Shown here in pieces: positions 36,649 to 44,833 of a stretch of 64,000 nucleotides of DNA. Where the stretch lies: NCBI GenBank assembly GCA_001603665.1, contig LUZN01000034.1:27-64026 (forward strand), given 5' to 3'. This stretch comes from Bacteroidales bacterium Bact_22 (GTDB lineage: Bacteria > Bacteroidota > Bacteroidia > Bacteroidales > F082). Position 1 is the first letter of the stretch; the number at the start of each line of letters is the position of its first letter. The notes beneath the pieces were generated by a model. It worked only from the letters and a program-made list of their open reading frames with translations, made no database searches and had not been told where the DNA came from. A program made the position numbers and the translations under genes.

Positions 36649-37668
36649 ATGACTCCACAGTTTAAGACATTAAATCTTCCGAAAATTGGTATCACCCAAG
36701 GTGACATCAACGGAATTGGTTACGAGGTGATTCTCAAAGTTTTAGCCGACACACGCATTCTTGAATCGTTTATCCCGATAGTCTACGGGCAGTCGAAAGT
36801 TTTTTCCTACTACAAGAAAAATTTCGGCATGGAAGAGATGTCGTACACCGTGATTCGCGACGCTTCGCAGGCTCAGCCGAGGCGCATCAATATCATCAAC
36901 CACACCGATGAGGAGCTGAAGGTGGAGCCGGGATTCTCCACTGCTATCGCAGGAAAAGCGTCGTTCGCGGCACTGAAACTGGCCGTCAACGACCTCCGCA
37001 ACGGTCTCATCGACGCCATGGTGACGGCTCCGGTCAACAAAGCCAATATGCAGTCGGAACAGTTTAAATTCAAGGGCCAAACCGACTACATCAAATCGTT
37101 TTTCCCTAATAATGAATACATTACACTTCTTGTAAACCATCAGATGCGCATAGGCTTCGTCACAAATCACATTCCATTGAAAGATGTGCCGGGCGCAATC
37201 AACAAAGAATTGATTATCAAGAAGTTATTGCTTATAAACAAATCTTTGATCAACGACTTCAAAATCGTGGCACCGAAGATTGCCGTGTTGGGTCTCAACC
37301 CGCATGCCAGCGACGGCAACATCATGGGAACTGAGGAAAAAGACATCATCCAACCTGCCATCGAAGTCGCTAAGGAACAAGGAGTTATGGCATTCGGACC
37401 ATTCCCGGCCGACGGATTCTTCGGTTCCGACGCATGGCGCAAATACGACGGCATACTGAGCATGTATCACGACCAGGGACTCACTCCTTTCCGCGTACTC
37501 TCTGTCGACGGCGGCGTCAGCTTCACGGGAGGCTTGCCGGTGGTGCGCACTTCAACGACCCACGGAACCGGCTACGACATAGCAAATAAAAATATCGCGG
37601 ACCCCGAAGCAATGAGGCACGCGATATATCTTGCAATTGATATTCTGAATAACCGCCGCGGCGAGTAA
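36649..37668 (+). CDS. pdxA: 4-hydroxythreonine-4-phosphate dehydrogenase
   Basis: 339 aa. Motifs GDINGIGYEV, LGLNPHA and TSTTHGTGYDIA. Confidence 0.9.
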   Translation: MTPQFKTLNLPKIGITQGDINGIGYEVILKVLADTRILESFIPIVYGQSKVFSYYKKNFGMEEMSYTVIRDASQAQPRRINIINHTDEELKVEPGFSTAIAGKASFAALKLAVNDLRNGLIDAMVTAPVNKANMQSEQFKFKGQTDYIKSFFPNNEYITLLVNHQMRIGFVTNHIPLKDVPGAINKELIIKKLLLINKSLINDFKIVAPKIAVLGLNPHASDGNIMGTEEKDIIQPAIEVAKEQGVMAFGPFPADGFFGSDAWRKYDGILSMYHDQGLTPFRVLSVDGGVSFTGGLPVVRTSTTHGTGYDIANKNIADPEAMRHAIYLAIDILNNRRGE

Positions 37669-38706
37669 TTATTGACGTTCGTACGTCTGAACCTCGTCGT
37701 AGACGTATTCCAGTTTGATTCCCGCCTGGCGGAACATCTCTTCTGATTCGGCTCCGTCGTGATATTTGCGCTGGCACACCACGCGCACGATACCGCAGTT
37801 TATTATCAACATTGCGCATGTGCGGCATGGCGTCATTCTGCAGTACAAGGTGCTACCTTCGAGGGCGATACCTCTTCTCGCCGCCTGTGCGATGGCGTTC
37901 TGCTCGGCGTGCACGGTTCTCACGCAGTGTTCGGTGATACGGCCGTCGGCATGAATCATTTTTCTGAAAAGATGCCCCACTTCGTCGCAGTGCGGGAGTC
38001 CGCGCGGCGAGCCGACGTAGCCCGTCACGAGAATCTGACGGTCCTTGACAATGACGCATCCGCTGCGGCCACGGTCGCAGGTGGCACGCTCAGCCACGGT
38101 GTCGGCCATATTCATAAAGTATTCGTCCCACGACGGACGTTTATACTTCTGATTTTCAATATCTTGCAGCACCTCCTCCACACGTTTGTGAAGGTCTTCG
38201 ATGGTGCCGTTGTTTTGGAACACATAGTCGGCCTGGTGGATGCACTCGCCGAGGTTCTGTTTGTTAGGGTCGGCGTTGGTCATCTCACGTTCCTCGTTGG
38301 CCACGAAAGTCTCGTAACTCACTGAGTCTGTTTCCGATTTGCGCTCGGTGATGCGCTCGTAACGCACTTTACGGTCGGCGTCGACGGCGAAGAGATGGAA
38401 GTTACCCTTCGAACGCAGGGCCGCGATCTCGCCAGGGGTGCGGATGCTCTCGATGACGGCGTCCTTACCGTTGTTGTAGGCGCGGTCGTAGAGCTGCTCA
38501 GCGATGTAGCTCGGACTGTTGTTGGCCCTTAGGTCGTTAGCCACCGACGTCAGAGTGTCGCGATTGACCTCGAGACCGCGCCGCTTCACCTCTTCCGACA
38601 AAAACGCGCGCACCGAATAGTGGACGTAGCCTTTTTTCTGCACCAGATAATCAACGATAGTGCCCTTTCCAGCACCTAAAGTTCCTGTGATTCCAATTAT
38701 ATTCAT
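37669..38706 (-). CDS. Fusion protein: N-terminal P-loop nucleotide-kinase-like domain + C-terminal dCMP (ComEB-type) deaminase
   Basis: 345 aa. Walker A GITGTLGAGKGT in the first ~185 aa. Deaminase module RPSWDEYFM..., HAEQNAI and PCRTCAMLI. Confidence 0.8.
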   Translation of the reverse strand: MNIIGITGTLGAGKGTIVDYLVQKKGYVHYSVRAFLSEEVKRRGLEVNRDTLTSVANDLRANNSPSYIAEQLYDRAYNNGKDAVIESIRTPGEIAALRSKGNFHLFAVDADRKVRYERITERKSETDSVSYETFVANEEREMTNADPNKQNLGECIHQADYVFQNNGTIEDLHKRVEEVLQDIENQKYKRPSWDEYFMNMADTVAERATCDRGRSGCVIVKDRQILVTGYVGSPRGLPHCDEVGHLFRKMIHADGRITEHCVRTVHAEQNAIAQAARRGIALEGSTLYCRMTPCRTCAMLIINCGIVRVVCQRKYHDGAESEEMFRQAGIKLEYVYDEVQTYERQ

Positions 38707-38726
38707 ATCTTGAAATTTATTCTACT

Positions 38727-38765
38727 TAAAACTCTAAACTATAAAACTGACTTTAAACTTTAAAC
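38727..38765. repeat. Degenerate heptad array (TAAACTN / TTTAAAC units)
   Basis: TAAAACTC TAAACTA TAAAACTGAC TTTAAAC TTTAAAC in the 53-nt spacer between LOG and the deaminase gene, running into the LOG stop codon. Confidence 0.6.
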
Positions 38766-39359
38766 TCTACACTTTTTTTCATCAACAATATCGTGAATCC
38801 ATTTCTCGATCTTCACCGCCTGATAATTGTTCATTTTATCGAACAACTCCTTCGGGTCGTCGGTGACAATCACATTTTTATAATGGTCTCCGCGGATGAA
38901 GCCGTCCTTCACTCCCCTGTCGATCCACCGCACGAGGTCGTCGTAATAGCCGAGGGTGTTGTACAGCGCGATAGGTTTCTCTATAAGCCTGAGTTGGTCG
39001 GCGACTACCACTTCCGAGAACTCGTCGAGTGTGCCGAATCCGCCTGGCATCGCGATGAACGCGTCGGCCTCATGAATCAGTATCTCCTTGCGTTCAGCCA
39101 TGGTCTGGGTCGGGATCATCTTGGTGATGCCGCTGTGCCCGATCTCGTGAGCAAGCAGAAAGTCGGGCATCACGCCTACCACCTCGCAACCTCGCGACAG
39201 CATACGGTTCGCTATCACATTCATGAGGCCGACGCTTCCGCCGCCGTAGTAGAGAGTGCAGCCATTGTCAGCGAGGACATCGCCCAGACGTGCCGCAGCC
39301 TCCTCGTAACGCTTGTCCAAGCCCATGCTGCTACCGCAGAAAACACAGATTTTTTTCAT
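38760..39359 (-). CDS. LOG family protein (TIGR00730-type nucleotide 5'-monophosphate phosphoribohydrolase)
   Basis: MKKICVFCGSS start, GGGSVGLM and PGGFGTLDE motifs. Start set at the ATG at 39359. Confidence 0.85.
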   Translation of the reverse strand: MKKICVFCGSSMGLDKRYEEAAARLGDVLADNGCTLYYGGGSVGLMNVIANRMLSRGCEVVGVMPDFLLAHEIGHSGITKMIPTQTMAERKEILIHEADAFIAMPGGFGTLDEFSEVVVADQLRLIEKPIALYNTLGYYDDLVRWIDRGVKDGFIRGDHYKNVIVTDDPKELFDKMNNYQAVKIEKWIHDIVDEKKCRV

Positions 39360-39360
39360 G

Positions 39361-40464
39361 TCAAATTTTTGCAAAGGTACAAATTTTTTCAAAAATGTCA
39401 ATACCAGTATTCAAAATTTCATCTTCAAACACATATTCCGGGTTATGAAGCGGCAGATGATCCTCGCCGCAGCCAAGTCCGAACAAACAAACCGGACACA
39501 CATCGGCAAAGCGACCGAAATCCTCAGACCAACGGAACGGCTCGTCAAGATATTGATAGTCAAGGTTTAACGATTTTGCAGCTTCTTCTACTGCGAGCAC
39601 CGCCTCGTTGTTGTTCATCGTGGCCGAAAACGCCTCATGTATGCTGCTCCCGAAGTCGAAATTCTGCTTCTCGGCAACCATGGCGCAGAGCTGAACCACA
39701 TCGGCTGTGAGATGCTGCAGTTTCTCGTTGTCGTACGACCTCAACGTCAGCCAAATCTCGGCATGAGCAGGCGCCACACCGAATGTCTCCTCGCCCAAGA
39801 CGGCATGCGTCATCGTCATCATAGTGAGAGGCTTCTCGTCGCGGAGCATCTCGGCTTTCTTTCCGAAAATGTCAATGAGCGCTGATAATACGTGCTGCGG
39901 ACTGTGACCCGTCTCAGGTTGAGAAGCATGCGCTGTAACACCGTCGAAAATGAGTTTCAAGCCCAGCGAGCCTGCGGCAAAACAGCCTTTTCGCAGCAAA
40001 ATCTTGTTTTTCGCATAGCCCGGGATGTTATGCAAGGCAAACGCCATGTCGGGTTTTATCTGCTCAAACTGCGGGTCGGCAATTACAGCTTTCGCACCCT
40101 GTCCGGTCTCCTCAGCAGGCTGGAAAAGCAGCACAACTTCGCCGTTTTCAGGACGTTTTTCGCTCAAACGCTGTGCCAAACCAGCCAAAATCGAAGCATG
40201 TCCGTCGTGACCGCAGCGGTGCGAGCAGTGACGGTCGCCTTCGGGGATATTCAAGGCATCGATATCGCCTCGAATCAATAATCTTTTCCCTTTGTTTTTC
40301 CCTTTGAAAACCACAGCAATACCGTTGCCTCCGATGTTTTTGACATGCACATCTGGATTCAGCTTTTCAAGAAACTCATTTAAGATGGCGTTCGTCTTCA
40401 CCTCCTTGCCCGAAAGCTCGGCATTTTCATGCAACAACTGCCTTAATTCTTTGATGTTTTGCAT
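39361..40464 (-). CDS. M20/M20D family amidohydrolase
   Basis: About 367 aa. Metal-binding motifs HRCGHDGH and LLFQPAEE. ATG at 40464; the ORF-track start at 40485 is a TTG overlapping the promoter box. Confidence 0.75.
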   Translation of the reverse strand: MQNIKELRQLLHENAELSGKEVKTNAILNEFLEKLNPDVHVKNIGGNGIAVVFKGKNKGKRLLIRGDIDALNIPEGDRHCSHRCGHDGHASILAGLAQRLSEKRPENGEVVLLFQPAEETGQGAKAVIADPQFEQIKPDMAFALHNIPGYAKNKILLRKGCFAAGSLGLKLIFDGVTAHASQPETGHSPQHVLSALIDIFGKKAEMLRDEKPLTMMTMTHAVLGEETFGVAPAHAEIWLTLRSYDNEKLQHLTADVVQLCAMVAEKQNFDFGSSIHEAFSATMNNNEAVLAVEEAAKSLNLDYQYLDEPFRWSEDFGRFADVCPVCLFGLGCGEDHLPLHNPEYVFEDEILNTGIDIFEKICTFAKI

Positions 40465-40482
40465 TTTCAAAAATTTATTCCG

Positions 40483-40490
40483 CAAAATTA
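40483..40490 (-). promoter_or_regulatory. -7 promoter box (TAATTTTG on minus strand) for M20-LOG-deaminase unit
   Basis: Exact match 18 nt upstream of the ATG at 40464. Confidence 0.5.
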
Positions 40491-40502
40491 AGAATAATTT
40501 TG

Positions 40503-40510
40503 TATCTTTG
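40503..40510 (+). promoter_or_regulatory. -7 promoter box (TATCTTTG) for manA unit
   Basis: Exact match 20 nt upstream of the ATG at 40531. Confidence 0.5.
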
Positions 40511-40530
40511 CAAGTTTGAATGATAATAAA

Positions 40531-41520
40531 ATGAACGTACTATATCCTTTGAAGTTTAAGCCTATTTTCCTCGAGAAAATCTGGGGCGGTCAGAACGTTA
40601 AGTCGTTGCTGCACAAGGACTTCGGCAAGCTGATGAACTGCGGCGAGATGTGGCTGCTGTCGGGCGTCGAAGGTCAGAACAGCGTGGTGGCGAACGGCAA
40701 TTTCGAGGGCGACGAGCTCAACGACCTCGTCGAGACCTTCATGGGCGACCTCGTGGGCGACAACGTTTTCGACAAATACGGAGAGACGTTTCCGCTTCTG
40801 ATCAAGATCATCGACCCGCTGACATGGCTGTCGGTGCAGGTGCATCCCGACGATGAGATTGCGAAGATGATCGGCCTCGAGAACGGCAAGACAGAGATGT
40901 GGTATGTGATGCACGCCGAGAGAGACGCCGAGCTCGTATCAGGTTTTAACCGCGAGGTGACAAAAGCCGAAGTCGAGAAGCTCATCTACGAGAAAAAGAT
41001 CTCGCAAGTGCTTAACTATGAGAAAGTTAACGATGGCGACGTGTTTTTCATCCCGGCAAGAAGGATTCATGCCTTAGGTCCGGGCTGCATGGTGGCTGAG
41101 ATCCAGCAAACCAGCGACACGACCTACCGCGTCTACGACTGGGACCGTCTCGACCAGCACGGCATGTACCGCGAGCTGCATATCCCGCAGTCGCTGTTCA
41201 CGCTCAACTACAAGCATGAGGACAGCTACCGCACCGAGTATCAGAAAGACAAGAAAGACGCCACTGTACCAATGGTGGAATGCCCATATTTCACTACAAA
41301 TTACATCGATCTGGATGCCATCTTGGCAAAAGATTATTCCGAACTCGACTCCTTCGTCATCCTGACTTGCGTCGAAGGCGGCTTCACGCTGAAATACGAA
41401 AACGGCGAGGAAATCGTTAATATCGGTGAATGCATCTTGATTCCAAATGTCATTAACAAAGTGGAAATCAAGGCATTAGGTCATTGTAAAATATTAGAAA
41501 CTTATATCGTAGAATCATAA
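40531..41520 (+). CDS. manA: Mannose-6-phosphate isomerase, class I
   Basis: Motifs PLKFKPIFLEKIWGG, LSVQVHPDD and KTEMWYV (cupin fold). Confidence 0.85.
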   Translation: MNVLYPLKFKPIFLEKIWGGQNVKSLLHKDFGKLMNCGEMWLLSGVEGQNSVVANGNFEGDELNDLVETFMGDLVGDNVFDKYGETFPLLIKIIDPLTWLSVQVHPDDEIAKMIGLENGKTEMWYVMHAERDAELVSGFNREVTKAEVEKLIYEKKISQVLNYEKVNDGDVFFIPARRIHALGPGCMVAEIQQTSDTTYRVYDWDRLDQHGMYRELHIPQSLFTLNYKHEDSYRTEYQKDKKDATVPMVECPYFTTNYIDLDAILAKDYSELDSFVILTCVEGGFTLKYENGEEIVNIGECILIPNVINKVEIKALGHCKILETYIVES

Positions 41521-41533
41521 AAAAGCTTATACC

Positions 41534-42028
41534 ATGAAAAAATTCTTAGCATTTTTACTCTTCGGCTTCATGTTTTTCGGCCTCAACGCCCAAAACAAAT
41601 CAGATTTGCCGAACATCACACTGAAAAACCTTGACGGTCAATCGGTTAACATCAGCGAGATCAACAACGGCGGCAAGCCTTTCGTGATGACGTTCTGGGC
41701 TACCTGGTGCGGTCCGTGCGTGAAGGAACACAATGCTCTCACTGAGGTTTACGACGACTGGGTAGAGGAAACCGGCGTGAAGATCATCTCCGTGTCGATC
41801 GACGACGCCCGCTCAACGGCAAAAATCAAACCTTTTGTCGACGGCAAAGGCTGGCCTTTCGAGATTTTATTGGATGTGAATAAAGATTTGGCTCGCGCCA
41901 TGAACGTGAGCAATCCGCCTCACACTTTCCTCTTCGACGGTAAAGGCAAGATCGTGTGGCAGCACACGGGTTATCTCGATGGTGGTGAGGAGGATTTGTA
42001 TGAGGAGATTATTAAAATCGCCAAATAA
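41534..42028 (+). CDS. TlpA-like periplasmic thiol:disulfide oxidoreductase (redoxin)
   Basis: 164 aa with a signal peptide and active site FWATWCGPC. Confidence 0.85.
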   Translation: MKKFLAFLLFGFMFFGLNAQNKSDLPNITLKNLDGQSVNISEINNGGKPFVMTFWATWCGPCVKEHNALTEVYDDWVEETGVKIISVSIDDARSTAKIKPFVDGKGWPFEILLDVNKDLARAMNVSNPPHTFLFDGKGKIVWQHTGYLDGGEEDLYEEIIKIAK

Positions 42029-42030
42029 AT

Positions 42031-42058
42031 GTTATTGGTTATTGGTTATTGGTTATTG
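42031..42058 (+). repeat. Perfect 4 x GTTATTG heptad tandem repeat
   Basis: Begins 2 nt after the tlpA-like stop and ends 5 nt before the ATG at 42064. Same element as 55437-55464 on the minus strand. Confidence 0.9.
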
Positions 42059-42063
42059 AAATT

Positions 42064-43800
42064 ATGATGAAGAAATCATTATTAATATTGGCTGTGATTC
42101 TTTGTGCCACAACGCTGTATGGCCAGGATTTCCTAAATAAGTCGAAGGTCAGCGGAAGTTTCCAGCTCGACGGCAACTATTATTGGGAAGACAATGGCAT
42201 CGGCATCACCGAGGACAAGATCAACGGCGAGAAATTCGGCGCTTACGGCTTCGGCAAGCTCCAGTATCAGCTGGGCGACTTCAGCGCTGGCATGCGTTTC
42301 GAAGCATATCAGACCACCCCGATGTCGGGCTTCGACGCCAGAGTCAAAGGCATGGGCGTGGCTAACTTTTTCGCCACCTATGACAACGGCACCATCGGCG
42401 TTACCGTAGGTGACATCTACGATCAGTTCGGTAACGGTTTGATTTTCAGGACATACGAGGAGTGGACGCTCGGCTTCGACAACTCGTTGCGAGGCATCCG
42501 TGCCGTGTTCCGTCCGTGTAACGGCGTCACCCTGAAGGGAATCTACGGAAAACAGCGTTATTACTGGGTTTCGTACGAAGAAGAACGCGGTCTGGTGCGC
42601 GGTGTCGACGGCGAATGGGACATCAACAACAGCATAGAGGCGTTGAACGACGCCAAGCTGAAAGCCACTCTCGGTGCCAGTTTCGTGAGCAAATACGAGA
42701 GCGAGCCTACGATGGAATACAACGGCAACATATACCAGCTGCCACAGAACGTCGGCGCTTACGCCGGTAGGATGAATCTCGGATACGGCCGTTTCGGCTT
42801 ATCGGCAGAGTATGCGCGTAAGATCAACGACCCGTCGTTCTTCAACAACTGGATTTATCGCGACGGTCAGGAATTGCTGGCATCTTTGTCGTATTCACAG
42901 AAAGGTCTCGGCGTAGTTTTGCAAGCAAAACGTGTCGATAACATGAGTTTCAAGTCGATGAGAACCGCTCGTCAGAACGACCTCGACATCGGCTTCATCC
43001 CTCCTATCAACTACACGCACACCCACAGTCTGCCATCGATGTTCGCCTATGCGACACAGCCTCTCGGCGAGATGGGCGTCCAGTTCCAGGTAAACTACAC
43101 CATCCCGAAGAAGACCGCTCTCGGCGGAAAATACGGCACAAAGCTGGCATTCAACTACAGTCAGGTGAACGATATCAAACGCGACTCCATCATGGTCGAC
43201 GGCGTCAACACGCTTAACATGATGGGCACCAAGGGTTACACCTCGCCGTTCTTCGCCATTGGCGATAAGATGTTCTACCGTGACTTCAACTTCGAAATCG
43301 AGAAGAAAATAAGTGCAAAATGGCATCTCACCTTGATGTACATCAACCTCTATTACGATATGGAGACCATCGAGGGGCACCCGGGTGCTGAGGCGGTGAA
43401 GGCACATTTCGCATTCGGCGAGGCGATATACAAAATCAACAGAAAACACAGTGTTCGCTTGGAGTTGCAGCACATGTGGGACAACGTGGGTAAAAACCAG
43501 GAGGTTGACCCTCTTTACGAGGAATACTACGTGAAACGCGGCAACTGGATGGCATTTCTGCTTGAATACACTATCGCTCCGAAATGGTTTGTGAGCGTTG
43601 CCGACAAATACAACTACGGCAACCCGATAGCCGACAACCGCGACCATTATTTCACCGGATCGGTAGGATACATTAAGGATCAGACACGCATCGCATTGAG
43701 CGGAGGCCGTCAAAGCCAAGGTCTCGTATGCGTGGGTGGCGTATGTAGAGAAGTGCCGGCATCGAGCGGAGTTTCAATAACAATTACAACATCATTCTAA
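42064..43800 (+). CDS. Predicted outer-membrane beta-barrel protein (DUF6029-like by memory)
   Basis: About 578 aa with signal peptide ...TTLYGQ, Gly/aromatic-rich alternating strands, and C-terminal ...SITITTSF. Confidence 0.55.
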   Translation: MMKKSLLILAVILCATTLYGQDFLNKSKVSGSFQLDGNYYWEDNGIGITEDKINGEKFGAYGFGKLQYQLGDFSAGMRFEAYQTTPMSGFDARVKGMGVANFFATYDNGTIGVTVGDIYDQFGNGLIFRTYEEWTLGFDNSLRGIRAVFRPCNGVTLKGIYGKQRYYWVSYEEERGLVRGVDGEWDINNSIEALNDAKLKATLGASFVSKYESEPTMEYNGNIYQLPQNVGAYAGRMNLGYGRFGLSAEYARKINDPSFFNNWIYRDGQELLASLSYSQKGLGVVLQAKRVDNMSFKSMRTARQNDLDIGFIPPINYTHTHSLPSMFAYATQPLGEMGVQFQVNYTIPKKTALGGKYGTKLAFNYSQVNDIKRDSIMVDGVNTLNMMGTKGYTSPFFAIGDKMFYRDFNFEIEKKISAKWHLTLMYINLYYDMETIEGHPGAEAVKAHFAFGEAIYKINRKHSVRLELQHMWDNVGKNQEVDPLYEEYYVKRGNWMAFLLEYTIAPKWFVSVADKYNYGNPIADNRDHYFTGSVGYIKDQTRIALSGGRQSQGLVCVGGVCREVPASSGVSITITTSF

Positions 43801-43801
43801 C

Positions 43802-44650
43802 ATGAAAAAACTATCATTATTTGCATTAACGGCAATCATTTTAGGAATGATGTCGTGCGATAAATTAAAAGAGCCTTATTTCACCGAACCTATTGTGCAG
43901 CAGAGCGATACGATAGCTTTGACAGCTGCCGACACCTTGAATTTCGACGGTAAGATCGTTGTTCTTCTCGAGGATTACACCGGCGTGCGCTGCGTCAACT
44001 GTCCGGCTGCAGCTGAGCTTGCGGCAAGTCTGCAGACTCAGTACGGTGAGCATCTAGTGGTGCTTGGCGTGCATCCTAAGACTTCTTATCAGAACCCTGC
44101 GGGCGGTTTCCCTGACTTCAGAACCGACGACGGCAACGAGTGGAACAGCTTCTTTAACGTCTCGGCATATCCGACAGGCATGGTAAACCGTCAATCCGCA
44201 ATCGGAACGGCAACATGGGCGACCGAAGTGGACAATTTGATTGGAAATGACGCTCCGGTGCGTCTCATCATCAAGTCGGAATACGACGATGCCACAAGAG
44301 AGCTGAAGCTCAGCATTCACTCAAAGTTCCTGCAGAACGTGGCCAGCGACGACGTGCGTCTTACCGTCTGCATGATGGAAAACAACATCGTCGGACTACA
44401 GTTAACGCCCAACGGCGCTGACGAAAATTACGTGCACCGTCATGTTTTCAGAGGCACTGCCGACGGCTTGACCTGGGGCAGAACGCTTGATACAGAGGCT
44501 GAATCGATAGCGGCCGGAAGGAATTTCATCACAAATATGAAGTTCACGGTGAACGAGGATTACAATGCCGATGAATTTTATATCGTGGCTATGATCAGCG
44601 ACAACAACACCAAGCAGGTGCTGATGACCGCTGAGAAAAAGATAAAATAA
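43802..44650 (+). CDS. Omp28-related lipoprotein with thioredoxin-like CxxC motif
   Basis: 282 aa with lipobox GMMSC and motif YTGVRCVNCPAA. It starts 1 nt after the barrel gene stop. Family name is from memory. Confidence 0.55.
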   Translation: MKKLSLFALTAIILGMMSCDKLKEPYFTEPIVQQSDTIALTAADTLNFDGKIVVLLEDYTGVRCVNCPAAAELAASLQTQYGEHLVVLGVHPKTSYQNPAGGFPDFRTDDGNEWNSFFNVSAYPTGMVNRQSAIGTATWATEVDNLIGNDAPVRLIIKSEYDDATRELKLSIHSKFLQNVASDDVRLTVCMMENNIVGLQLTPNGADENYVHRHVFRGTADGLTWGRTLDTEAESIAAGRNFITNMKFTVNEDYNADEFYIVAMISDNNTKQVLMTAEKKIK

Positions 44651-44675
44651 AAAAGGAGGCCTGTTGACCTCCTTT
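44641..44675 (-). terminator. Rho-independent terminator of tRNA-fMet (also closes the convergent Omp28-like gene)
   Basis: 8-bp stem AAAGGAGG/CCTCCTTT (44652-44659 / 44668-44675). On the minus strand it is followed by TTTTTTATTTTAT. Confidence 0.6.
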
Positions 44676-44677
44676 AG

Positions 44678-44751
<74 letters not shown>

Positions 44752-44766
44752 TCGTGAATTGGGCTG

Positions 44767-44774
44767 CAAAAATA
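44767..44774 (-). promoter_or_regulatory. -7 promoter box (TATTTTTG on minus strand) for tRNA-fMet
   Basis: Exact TAnnTTTG match 15 nt upstream of the tRNA 5' end. Confidence 0.45.
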
Positions 44775-44833
44775 CAACATTTTTCGGCTCGTGTCAAGTG
44801 TTTTTTGAAAATTTTTGAAATATTTATAAAAAT

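Noticed and set aside
38793-39710. 305-aa plus-strand ORF spanning the LOG / M20 junction
   Set aside because: It runs antisense across two confidently called minus-strand genes and their junction. Low-complexity Arg/His/Pro-rich translation.
42031-42058. Heptad arrays considered as CRISPR or as coding-sequence phase-variation tracts
   Set aside because: The units are 7 nt with no spacers, the arrays are 28-42 nt long, and no cas genes are present, so they are not CRISPR. They are intergenic, so slippage would not shift a reading frame.
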